From the IMG/VR virus record IMGVR_UViG_3300032292_000823, positions 1-35,757 of that record: a DNA stretch of 35,757 bases; one strand, 5' to 3'. This document shows positions 19,476-27,657 of the stretch, in pieces. Below the pieces are notes generated by a model. That model did no database searches, was not told the origin of the DNA, and worked only from the letters and a program-made list of their open reading frames with translations. Position 1 is the first letter of the stretch. Each line of letters starts with the position of its first letter. This DNA is from a virus. Taxonomy: Duplodnaviria > Caudoviricetes. The translations under genes were made by a program, and so were the position numbers.

Positions 19476-19477
19476 GG
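19466..19477. promoter_or_regulatory. palindromic operator-like site CCCTA-GA-TAGGG
   Basis: Perfect palindrome 16 nt upstream of ATG 19494. Confidence 0.45.
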
Positions 19478-19493
19478 AGGCACTCCTCACCTT

Positions 19494-20144
19494 ATGTCCA
19501 CCCTCCCTTTTCTGCAGCCCCCAGCTGCGCACGAGCCCCGGCGTGTCGGCACTAGCAACAGCGGCATCTTGGAGATCCCAGTTCTGGGCGGTCTAACGGT
19601 TGAGGAAAGTGCCACAGCCTCCGACTTTTTAAGCAGCGAGCAGAGCGCCTTTGTCGAGGGCGCCCAAATCGCAGACGGCATTGCTGTCGAGGAGGGCATC
19701 TCCCTGCTGGAAGCATTTGAGCTGGTGGAGGCATCGCTGAGCGGCAAGGACTTGGAGCCCAAGGCAGAGGCGATCCGCGTGAAACACGCCGACGCGATCC
19801 AGCGTGTGGCGCGAATTTATGCGGCCAGTGGGCAGCGCAACATGGATGCCCACGTCACAGCAATCCTGCGCTGCCGCCTCAACCTCCCCAGCTGGGGGCT
19901 CCCCAACACTCGCAAGTTGGACAAGGCGCTCTACAACGACATCTGGCAACTTGTACAAGACGAGCAGGCTTCCGAGGGCCGTGAGGCGGAGCCCACTAAC
20001 GAAGCCGAGCTAAAAAAGCCGTCGCCGGGATCTGGAAAAGGCATGAAACCAACTGGACGGAAATCGCGTTCGACCTCTTCCACGGATACCCCGGCCAGTT
20101 CCACCGAGAAACCTTCCGCCGAGAACTGCGCGATACCGTCCTAA
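19494..20144 (+). CDS. putative tail assembly chaperone (gpG-like)
   Basis: Acidic helical protein with A-AAA-AAG at 20012-20018 followed by a low-complexity tail. Confidence 0.65.
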   Translation: MSTLPFLQPPAAHEPRRVGTSNSGILEIPVLGGLTVEESATASDFLSSEQSAFVEGAQIADGIAVEEGISLLEAFELVEASLSGKDLEPKAEAIRVKHADAIQRVARIYAASGQRNMDAHVTAILRCRLNLPSWGLPNTRKLDKALYNDIWQLVQDEQASEGREAEPTNEAELKKPSPGSGKGMKPTGRKSRSTSSTDTPASSTEKPSAENCAIPS

Positions 20145-20668
20145 CGGCTTGGCGTCACCTCCAGCGCATCCGGCGCGAGGAGGTAGCACTACAGGAGTTG
20201 CCAATCGCCCAGTTGACAGCGATGACTCGCAACCTCGCCATGGACACCAGCAAGACCAAACCACTGGGCCTGCTGGACTTTGCGCTGTTCCACAAAAAGG
20301 AGGAGGACGCCACAGCGGTGCTATCACCGGAGGTGGGTGCGATTGCGCTGGCACTACGGCACGAGGACAAAACCCCACCACTGCTGCTGTCCGTGTGGCC
20401 TCAAATCCTGACCGCCGCCCAAGACAGCGCCGCCATCCCCGACTGCCGAGCGTTCCACAACGACGACGACAGCGTGTTCATCGTCCACCCCCAGTGGGAG
20501 GGCAAGAACCTGCGTGGCGGGCTGGTGTTGGTGCGAGGTCAGATCAGCGGTCCGGTGCGAGTACGCGACATCGACAAACCGCTGCTCACCTACGACTTGG
20601 TGCTCCCCCACCGGGCAGGGATGGGGTGGATCGAGGCTGGTCTTCTGTTGCAGCGCGGGGAAAACTAG
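20012..20668 (+). CDS. -1 frameshift extension of tail assembly chaperone (gpGT-like, about 391 aa fusion)
   Basis: The -1 frame opens after TAA 19997-19999 and runs from the slippery site into the listed ORF 20198-20668. Confidence 0.7.
   Translation, partial: KKAVAGIWKRHETNWTEIAFDLFHGYPGQFHRETFRRELRDTVLTAWRHLQRIRREEVALQELPIAQLTAMTRNLAMDTSKTKPLGLLDFALFHKKEEDATAVLSPEVGAIALALRHEDKTPPLLLSVWPQILTAAQDSAAIPDCRAFHNDDDSVFIVHPQWEGKNLRGGLVLVRGQISGPVRVRDIDKPLLTYDLVLPHRAGMGWIEAGLLLQRGEN
20659..20668 (+). promoter_or_regulatory. late-promoter motif GGAAAACTAG
   Basis: TAG doubles as a stop codon; 3 nt before ATG 20672. Confidence 0.68.
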
Positions 20669-20671
20669 GCC

Positions 20672-21067
20672 ATGGATGTGATCGCCCTACGCACCGAGCT
20701 TGAGACAGTGCTCGTGGATTATCTGGGCGTCTACACGCTGGGCAACGGGATGACCACGCCTGCCGTCAGCGTCCGCAGCAGCGGCGAATCGCTGCCCGCC
20801 GGAACAGTTGTTAGCGGGTTGGAGCTGATCATTCTGCGCGATCCCTCCCTCTCTCCAGTCCCCAGCTACACCAACCGCCAAGCATTCCGCGACTGGGATG
20901 TGTTTCTAATCGACTGGGAGCAGAGCACCAACTTGACCAGCGCAGCAGGAATCCTGACTTGGTATTACCCCGACAGCACCATTACCAGAGTGAACGTGCC
21001 AGAGGGGTTAGGGCCTGCTGGGCAAATGCGTTTGACGATCCGCACCGCACCCAACGGGGAAACCTAG
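20672..21067 (+). CDS. hypothetical tail protein (possibly tail terminator)
   Basis: 131 aa alpha/beta ORF; function inferred from size and from no other terminator candidate being visible. Confidence 0.45.
   Translation: MDVIALRTELETVLVDYLGVYTLGNGMTTPAVSVRSSGESLPAGTVVSGLELIILRDPSLSPVPSYTNRQAFRDWDVFLIDWEQSTNLTSAAGILTWYYPDSTITRVNVPEGLGPAGQMRLTIRTAPNGET
21058..21067 (+). promoter_or_regulatory. late-promoter motif GGAAACCTAG
   Basis: TAG doubles as a stop codon; 3 nt before ATG 21071. Confidence 0.75.
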
Positions 21068-21070
21068 ACC

Positions 21071-21415
21071 ATGGCTATCACCCCAGCTACCTACAACATC
21101 CGCCCGCAAAAGAATGCGGATTATGATCTTACGGTGCGGTTCAAGGACGGTACTGGTGCAACCATCAACCTGACCGGGTGGGACGTGATTGCACAGGTGT
21201 GGAATAAGGAGCGCACTGTGAAGCACGGCGACTTCAGCATCACATTTACTGCGCCCTTACTCGGGGAAGTACGCCTGTTGTTGCCTTATAGCGTCACCGC
21301 AGTTCTGCCCGTCGAGGCGCGGTACGACGTAATGCTGATCAACCCCAGCGGGCTGCGCGAGTATTACATGGAAGGAATCGTCCGGTCCAGCATGGGCTTC
21401 ACCACCCCTGCGTAA
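21071..21415 (+). CDS. tail fibre attachment protein (BppU N-terminal/LtfC-like)
   Basis: INLTGW...YDV..P.G..YY.EG pattern; upstream of fibre genes. Confidence 0.6.
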   Translation: MAITPATYNIRPQKNADYDLTVRFKDGTGATINLTGWDVIAQVWNKERTVKHGDFSITFTAPLLGEVRLLLPYSVTAVLPVEARYDVMLINPSGLREYYMEGIVRSSMGFTTPA

Positions 21416-21417
21416 CG

Positions 21418-21702
21418 ATGGCCAACACCGCAGAGGTTTTAAGCACCGGCCAAGTGCTTGTAACTGAGATCACTGCTCAGCTGGTGGAGGTGACTGTCCC
21501 CAGCTCCCCAGTGCTGGTAGAGATCGTTACGACAGGACCGCAAGGAGCTTCCGCTGCTGGGGCGCTGATTGGAGAGCTGCAAGATGTAGTTACCGTTGAT
21601 GCGGTTGACAACAGCGTCTTGGTGTTTGACGCCGCCAGTCACAACTGGGTAGGCAGCGATTTGTTCACCGTCACATCGCTTACTGATGGCGGAAACTTCT
21701 AG
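21418..21702 (+). CDS. small fibre adaptor protein
   Basis: V-rich N-terminus, GPQG, L.DV..DNSVLVFD repeat unit, ends in DGGNF. Confidence 0.55.
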   Translation: MANTAEVLSTGQVLVTEITAQLVEVTVPSSPVLVEIVTTGPQGASAAGALIGELQDVVTVDAVDNSVLVFDAASHNWVGSDLFTVTSLTDGGNF

Positions 21703-21711
21703 GGTGCTTTC

Positions 21712-21721
21712 GGCAATCTAG
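21712..21721 (+). promoter_or_regulatory. late-promoter motif GGCAATCTAG
   Basis: Intergenic, 23 nt before GTG 21745. Confidence 0.75.
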
Positions 21722-21744
21722 GTCACACTGCGCCTTAGAGTTTC

Positions 21745-23286
21745 GTGGCCAACGTCGTAAGGATTAAGCGGTCAGCTGCAACGGCCGTACCTACCTCTCT
21801 GGCCAACGCAGAACTTGCATATTCTGAGTCTTCTAACAAGCTCTTCATTGGCGTTGGAACTGGAGGCGCAGGAGGATCCGCGTCCAGCATCGTTGCGATT
21901 GGCGGTACGGGCGCCTACGCAACGCTCGACACCAGCCAGACCATCTCAGGCAACAAAACCTTCAGCGGCACAGTTGCACTGGGCAACTCTGCAACCGCAA
22001 GCACCGCTCTCACTTCAGATAACAGCACTGCTGTTGCAACTACCGCCTACGTCAAAGGTCAGAGCTACCTCACCGGCAACCAAAACATCACGGTATCCGG
22101 TGATGCAAGTGGTTCCGGCACAACTGCCATCTCCCTGACTCTTGGATCTGTCGGCACCGCTGGTACTTACACCAAGGTCACCACAGACGCCAAGGGTCGT
22201 GTCACCAGCGGCACCACACTCGCTGCGGGTGACCTGCCTAGCCACACCGCCTCGCTAATCAGCGATTTCAACACTGCAGTTCGGACCAACCGTCTGGACC
22301 AGATGGCGGCACCGGCCGCCGACGTTGCATTCGGTGGCTTCAAAATTACCGGGCTCGCCGACCCTGTTGCAGCCACCGACGCCGCGACTCGCGGCTTCGT
22401 TGAATCAGTTGCCCAGGGCCTCGACGTTAAGGGCTCCGTCAAGGCAGCCACCACTGCAAACATCACACTGTCTGCAGCCCAGACCGTTGATGGTGTTTCG
22501 CTCGTCGCTGGTGACAGAGTGCTGGTCAAGAACCAGACCACCACCAGTGCCAACGGCATCTATGTAGTTGCTGCCGGTGCGTGGACTCGCGCAACCGACC
22601 TCGACACCTGGACCGAATTTCCTGGGGCGTTTACCTTTGTTGAGGGGGGCACCGCTAACGCCGACACCGGCTGGGTTTGCTCCTCCGACCAGGGCGGCAC
22701 CCTCGGCACAACGGCTGTCACCTGGGCCCAATTCTCCAGCGCTGGCAGCTATACCGCAGGCAACGGTTTAAGCCTCAACTCTGGTGTCTTCACCGTCACC
22801 GGCACCACCAACCGGATCACCGTTGGTGCTGGCGGCGTTGACATCGCCAGCAACTACGTTGGCCAAAACACGATCACGACCCTGGGCACCGTAGGCACAG
22901 GCACCTGGCAGGGGAGCGTCATCGGATCCACCTACGGCGGCACAGGTGTAAACAACGGCTCCAACACCATCACGCTTGGCGGCAACCTCACCACCTCCGG
23001 CGCATTTGCCACGACGTTGACCGTCACTGGCGCCACCAGCGTCACGTTGCCCACCAGCGGCACGTTGGTTAACAACGCAGTGACCACGCTGTCATCACTG
23101 TCTTCCATTGGCACCATCACCACCGGCACCTGGAACGGCAGCACCATCGGAGTTGCCTCCGGCGGCACGGGTGCCACAACCCTCACGGGCGTACTGAAAG
23201 GGAACGGCACCTCCGCCTTCACCGCAGCAGTTGACGGCACCGACTATCTGAGCCCGAACGCAACCATTGATGGGGGCACGTTCTAG
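21745..23286 (+). CDS. tail fibre protein 1
   Basis: Gly/Thr-rich; IKRS..ELA N-terminus, VTTDAKGRVT, DRVLVKNQ..NGIY and GGTG repeats. Confidence 0.85.
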   Translation: MANVVRIKRSAATAVPTSLANAELAYSESSNKLFIGVGTGGAGGSASSIVAIGGTGAYATLDTSQTISGNKTFSGTVALGNSATASTALTSDNSTAVATTAYVKGQSYLTGNQNITVSGDASGSGTTAISLTLGSVGTAGTYTKVTTDAKGRVTSGTTLAAGDLPSHTASLISDFNTAVRTNRLDQMAAPAADVAFGGFKITGLADPVAATDAATRGFVESVAQGLDVKGSVKAATTANITLSAAQTVDGVSLVAGDRVLVKNQTTTSANGIYVVAAGAWTRATDLDTWTEFPGAFTFVEGGTANADTGWVCSSDQGGTLGTTAVTWAQFSSAGSYTAGNGLSLNSGVFTVTGTTNRITVGAGGVDIASNYVGQNTITTLGTVGTGTWQGSVIGSTYGGTGVNNGSNTITLGGNLTTSGAFATTLTVTGATSVTLPTSGTLVNNAVTTLSSLSSIGTITTGTWNGSTIGVASGGTGATTLTGVLKGNGTSAFTAAVDGTDYLSPNATIDGGTF

Positions 23287-23289
23287 AAC

Positions 23290-23299
23290 GGCAACCTCG
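23290..23299 (+). promoter_or_regulatory. late-promoter motif GGCAACCTCG
   Basis: 3 nt after fibre 1 stop; 60 nt before ATG 23360. Confidence 0.72.
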
Positions 23300-23359
23300 C
23301 TTAAGACCCCCAGTCACTACTGGGCACATCCGCCTTTATAGGCAACAAAGGATCGGCAC

Positions 23360-25297
23360 ATGCCAAACACGGTCAAGCTGAAGCGTTCCGCAACTGCTGG
23401 CAAGGTCCCTCTTGTGGGGGACCTCCAGCTAGGCGAGCTAGCTCTGAACACGACAGACGGCAAGCTCTACACCAAAACGAGTGTCTCAGGTGCTGAGAGC
23501 ATTGTCGATTTGACATCAGCCGGCACCAATGCCGGTTTTTCCTACAGTTTCTCAGCAATCACAACAGGTGGCGACCCTGGTTCTGGAAGCTTCCGTTTTA
23601 ACTCGGCTGTAAATACATCAGTCACTGAGATGTATATCAGTGACTTAGACATCAGTGCCATTGATCGTTCAGGCGCTCTAACCAGATTAGACGACACTCC
23701 TGGAACGGATCGAGCAACAATTTACCTTCCTGGTCTGGCTACAGGCGGAACCGTATCTATACGAGTCACAGGTGCCATTACCGACAACACGACATACTTA
23801 ACAATTCCAGTCTCTTTTACAAGTGGAGCCATCCCTGCTGTAGACGGCCAAATCAGAAACGTGATCGGCGTCAGGAACGGCAGCGATGGTGGCGGGCTTG
23901 CTGATGGCGACAAGGGCGACATAACGGTATCTGGCTCTGGCGCTACCTGGACTATCGACAATGGCGCAGTCACTAGCGATAAATTGTCCGACACCGGCAT
24001 ATTTCCAGGAAGTTACGGGGCTGGCAGTAGTGTCCCAATTCTTACAGTAGATGCCAAGGGTCGTATCACTTCCATAACTTCAACATTAGGCCCGTTTGAA
24101 TCGGCTGTCAACATATGGGGAGGCACTGCAGGAGATCTTCTCTACCAGGATAGTCTTATAAACACAACCGCAAAGCTGCCCATCGGTACTGCCGGACAGG
24201 CGCTGGTTAGCACTGGAAGTGTCCCCCAGTGGGCAACGCTGACGATGGAGAACATTCCAGACGCAGCATTTAAGAGGTCGGTTCGGGTAGCAACTACCGC
24301 GAACATCACACTCAGCGGCACCCAGACAATCGACGGGATTGCGGTAGTTGCGGGCAACCGAGTGCTGGTCAAAAACCAAAACACAACTGCTAACAACGGC
24401 ATCTATGTAGTTGCCGCAGGTGCATGGTCACGCGCAGCAGACGCCGACACCGCCAGTGAAATGGGAGGTGCGACGGTCAACGTTGACTCGGGCACCACGC
24501 AGGGCGGCCAACTATGGAGCACCAGTTTCAAAATTACCGACACGCTCGGTACAACCGCCTTGACATGGGCGGAAATTATTGACACCAGTTTTGCAAACTC
24601 AACTGCCGGAACGATTGCAGCAAACGGCACCCAGTCCGCCGGCACCAGCACTCTTTACGCGAGGGCTGACCACGTCCACCCAACCGACACCAGCAGGGCC
24701 CCACTTGCGTCACCGACGTTCACCGGGACACCAGCAGCGCCAACTGCTGCCGCAAACACCAACACCACACAGCTAGCTACCACTGCTTTTGTCCTGGGTC
24801 AGGCCAGCTCTACCACCCCATCAAACATTGGTACTGCAGCAGTTGGCACTGGAACAACATTTGCTCGTGCAGACCACGTCCATGCAATTACCGGCTCTGC
24901 CATCACAAGTGGTACGATTGGCGGTTCAACAATAATCAACACGTCTGGTGCAATCACTACAAGTGCTGCAATCACCGACACCATCGGCAACGTCCGAGAC
25001 ATTATCCAAAACCCCCAGACCGCCGCGTACACACTGGTCCTCTTGGATGCAGGCAAACACATCTCAATCACAACTGGCGGCGTAACCGTTCCGTCTGGTA
25101 TATTTAGCGCAGGAGATACGATCAGCATCTTCAACAACTCAGCAGCAAACCAAACCATCACGCAGGGTGCCAGCGTGACAATGTATCTGGCTGGCACCGC
25201 GACTACAGGCAACCGCACCCTCGCGCAACGGGGCATTTGCACGATCCTCTGCGTTGCCTCAAACGTGTTCGTGATTAGCGGAGCAGGCTTGACCTGA
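23360..25297 (+). CDS. tail fibre protein 2
   Basis: LKRS..GELALN..DGKLY N-terminus, RVLVKNQ..NGIY domain, ARADHVH repeats, SPTFTGTP.APT motif. Confidence 0.85.
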   Translation: MPNTVKLKRSATAGKVPLVGDLQLGELALNTTDGKLYTKTSVSGAESIVDLTSAGTNAGFSYSFSAITTGGDPGSGSFRFNSAVNTSVTEMYISDLDISAIDRSGALTRLDDTPGTDRATIYLPGLATGGTVSIRVTGAITDNTTYLTIPVSFTSGAIPAVDGQIRNVIGVRNGSDGGGLADGDKGDITVSGSGATWTIDNGAVTSDKLSDTGIFPGSYGAGSSVPILTVDAKGRITSITSTLGPFESAVNIWGGTAGDLLYQDSLINTTAKLPIGTAGQALVSTGSVPQWATLTMENIPDAAFKRSVRVATTANITLSGTQTIDGIAVVAGNRVLVKNQNTTANNGIYVVAAGAWSRAADADTASEMGGATVNVDSGTTQGGQLWSTSFKITDTLGTTALTWAEIIDTSFANSTAGTIAANGTQSAGTSTLYARADHVHPTDTSRAPLASPTFTGTPAAPTAAANTNTTQLATTAFVLGQASSTTPSNIGTAAVGTGTTFARADHVHAITGSAITSGTIGGSTIINTSGAITTSAAITDTIGNVRDIIQNPQTAAYTLVLLDAGKHISITTGGVTVPSGIFSAGDTISIFNNSAANQTITQGASVTMYLAGTATTGNRTLAQRGICTILCVASNVFVISGAGLT

Positions 25298-26835
25298 TGA
25301 CTACCCAACAAATGCTGCTCGGCAGCGTCACATCCGTAGCCGCCGTTATCCCCAATATCGCGTTCGTCAAGTCGGAGGCAATGCCTAACGGCACCGGCAG
25401 TCACACAATCACAGGAATCCAAACCAACGATTTGGTGATCGTGGCAGCGGTGGCAGCCAACGTTTCCCCGGCAGTCCCCACGGGTTTTGATATAGGTTTT
25501 CAGAACACATCGCTCGCCAACCCAGGACGTATCTGGTGTTACCGATTTGCCAGCGGTACGTCCATGACAGTCAGCGGCCTCAGCTCCGTTACCACTGGCT
25601 TTTCAGCGGTCAACTACATCTGCACGGTCTTCAGGAATGTCTCCACGGACATCCCGATCACCGTGCAAGTCACCAGTACAGGGGGAGGCACTTCGATCGT
25701 GCCACCAGCGGCAAGCGCAGCCTTCAGCAATCAGGTGGCTGTGGTGCTGGGGATGCTGGACAACGACAACGTTGCTGATACCAGCGCCCTTTCAGCTCCC
25801 AATGGCTACACGCTTACCGCTGTGAAGGACACAGGAACTGACGCCCAAGACCAAGGCTCTACGGGTGGCTGCACCATTATGAGCGCTTACAAGGTGCTCA
25901 CCGCCTCCGGCACTGAAACCCCAGGCAGTTTTATCTTCAACGGCAACGACACCAACGCGAACTTCACCCTGCTGCTGGGCCCCGCGAACGCAATCAACGA
26001 CACCACAACCGCCTCATCTCAAACCGTTTTCACCACCACTGGCGCAAACAACTGGACAGTGCCGGCCGACGTGAGACGTGTTAGTGCTGTGGTAGTCGGT
26101 GGCGGAGGCGGCGGTGCCGGATCGCGTGGTGACCGAGCGCAAGGCAACACCGGAGGAGCGGGCGGTGCGCTGGCCTACGGATCATTTGTCGTGATCCCCG
26201 GAGAAACACTGATAGTCAACGTCGGCGCTGCTGGAGGAGCCGGCCCCAACGACTCCAACGGTGGTCTCGGCGGCACTTCAAGCATCTTAAGAAATTCTCT
26301 GACTGGGGCGACAGCTCTGATTTCAGCAACGGGCGGCACTGGCGGCCTAACCCGAAACACGGCAGCAACCACCGGGGGTGTCCCTAGCTGGGGAAGCGGC
26401 GTAACTGTCTCAGGTGGCGGGAACGGCGGTGCAGGTGGCGGCGCAACTTCCAATGACACAGGAGGCGGCGGCGGTGGCGCTGGGGGTTACTCCGGCAATG
26501 GCGGCGCGGGCGGAAATGCGGGTGCAGGCACATCAGTAACCGGCGGCGGTGGCGGTGGAGCTGGCGCAACCAACTCCGGCCTGGGCTACTCCGGTGGTGG
26601 AACAGGCGTCCTTGGTCAAGGAACTAGCGGCAACGCTGGCGCTCTCAACGCCAACGGCTTCGGTGGCTCGGGTGGAGCAAACGGCACACAACTTGCTGGC
26701 GGCATCCCCGGTGGTGGCGGCGGCGCCCGCGATGACGACAGTGCCGGCGCCGGTTGTGCCGGCGGCCGAGGCGAGGTCCGCATCATCTGGGGTGCTGGCC
26801 GCGCCTACCCATCTACAAACACAGCAAGCGTCTAA
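25297..26835 (+). CDS. glycine-rich fibre tip/adhesin protein
   Basis: TGATG-coupled; WTVP..V.AVVVGGGGGG...G.VRIIW glycine-rich domain. Confidence 0.75.
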   Translation: MTTQQMLLGSVTSVAAVIPNIAFVKSEAMPNGTGSHTITGIQTNDLVIVAAVAANVSPAVPTGFDIGFQNTSLANPGRIWCYRFASGTSMTVSGLSSVTTGFSAVNYICTVFRNVSTDIPITVQVTSTGGGTSIVPPAASAAFSNQVAVVLGMLDNDNVADTSALSAPNGYTLTAVKDTGTDAQDQGSTGGCTIMSAYKVLTASGTETPGSFIFNGNDTNANFTLLLGPANAINDTTTASSQTVFTTTGANNWTVPADVRRVSAVVVGGGGGGAGSRGDRAQGNTGGAGGALAYGSFVVIPGETLIVNVGAAGGAGPNDSNGGLGGTSSILRNSLTGATALISATGGTGGLTRNTAATTGGVPSWGSGVTVSGGGNGGAGGGATSNDTGGGGGGAGGYSGNGGAGGNAGAGTSVTGGGGGGAGATNSGLGYSGGGTGVLGQGTSGNAGALNANGFGGSGGANGTQLAGGIPGGGGGARDDDSAGAGCAGGRGEVRIIWGAGRAYPSTNTASV

Positions 26836-26838
26836 CCC

Positions 26839-27159
26839 ATGACAATCATCAAGTGGAGCATCGTGGACATGGAGCGCCACACCGTCGATGGATACGTCCA
26901 TCAGGTGGCCTACCGCGTTGATGGATCCGACAACGGGTACTTCGCCTGTTTCACCGACAAGGCATTCCTGACCCGCCCAGTTGATGAACTCGTTCCGTTC
27001 GAGGACCTAACAGAGGCTCTTGTTCTGAGCTGGATCGAAGAGTTACTTGGCACAGAAGCTGTCGCCGCAATCGAGCTAGGAATTGAGGCTGAATTACAGG
27101 ATCAAATTTCTCCTCGTGTTGCGCACGGTTTGCCTTGGGACCCCGCACAAACTGAGTGA
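26839..27159 (+). CDS. hypothetical acidic protein (possible fibre assembly chaperone)
   Basis: VPFEDLTE..VL.W...GLPW pattern; follows fibre genes. Confidence 0.55.
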   Translation: MTIIKWSIVDMERHTVDGYVHQVAYRVDGSDNGYFACFTDKAFLTRPVDELVPFEDLTEALVLSWIEELLGTEAVAAIELGIEAELQDQISPRVAHGLPWDPAQTE

Positions 27160-27205
27160 GCTTTAGTGCTCTGGTTAGGCTGTTGGTTATAGCCTGACCC
27201 TAGAA

Positions 27206-27343
27206 ATGACCGTTCGCGCTAAGACTTCCACGGGCAATGTCCGCAAAGAACCAAAGCCCAAAACAACCTCGATCGGGCAGGGCCTCAACTCCCGTCCGCG
27301 CAAGCGCAACAAGCGCAAAAAAACGCGAGGTCAGGGGCGCTAG
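27206..27343 (+). CDS. small highly basic protein (45 aa)
   Basis: Translated by hand: MTVRAKTSTGNVRKEPKPKTTSIGQGLNSRPRKRNKRKKTRGQGR; fills the gap. Confidence 0.65.
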   Translation: MTVRAKTSTGNVRKEPKPKTTSIGQGLNSRPRKRNKRKKTRGQGR

Positions 27344-27346
27344 GCC

Positions 27347-27356
27347 GGCAACTTAG
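27347..27356 (+). promoter_or_regulatory. late-promoter motif GGCAACTTAG
   Basis: Intergenic, upstream of ATG 27389. Confidence 0.75.
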
Positions 27357-27388
27357 GTCAACCCTGAGTAGTTGTTTGGCGCCTGCTG

Positions 27389-27628
27389 ATGATCGACGAG
27401 CAACCGCGCCCTCAACCTGAATTTGCCCCCAACTGGGTAGCCCTAACCATCCCACCCCTGTTGGTATCAGCAATCGTCGGCTTCGGCGGACTGTGGATCC
27501 AGGTCACCAAGATCGACCAATCCCTGAGCACCCTGCAGTCGGACATCACCGAACTGAAGAACGACAGTCGCCAGCGCCTCACGGATCTGGAAAGCCGGGT
27601 GAGAACGCTTGAGATGGGCAAGCAATAG
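27389..27628 (+). CDS. membrane protein with coiled coil (lysis module)
   Basis: One TM helix then heptad coiled coil ending RLTDLESRVRTLE. Confidence 0.65.
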   Translation: MIDEQPRPQPEFAPNWVALTIPPLLVSAIVGFGGLWIQVTKIDQSLSTLQSDITELKNDSRQRLTDLESRVRTLEMGKQ

Positions 27629-27637
27629 GAAATCTAG
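27628..27637 (+). promoter_or_regulatory. late-promoter motif GGAAATCTAG
   Basis: At gene boundary, 20 nt before ATG 27658. Confidence 0.75.
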
Positions 27638-27657
27638 GTCACACCCACCAGTCCCCA

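Noticed and set aside
20149-20703. Alternative-frame 184-aa ORF and the many other shadow ORFs
   Set aside because: Arg/Pro-rich off-frame or antisense products expected in GC-rich coding DNA
21691-21700. Near-copy GGAAACTTCT and coding GGCAACCTTG-type near matches
   Set aside because: Explained by Gly-Asn-Phe/Leu codons and mismatch the consensus; not counted
21745-26835. Diversity-generating retroelement or invertible fibre cassette
   Set aside because: No reverse transcriptase, no adenine-specific TR/VR pair and no flanking inverted sites seen; the shared repeat differs at all base types
1605-27637. GGMAANYTMG motif as an RBS, CRISPR repeat or recombination site
   Set aside because: Distance to start varies from 3 to 60 nt, it is not anti-SD complementary, has no regular spacers and is always oriented with the downstream gene
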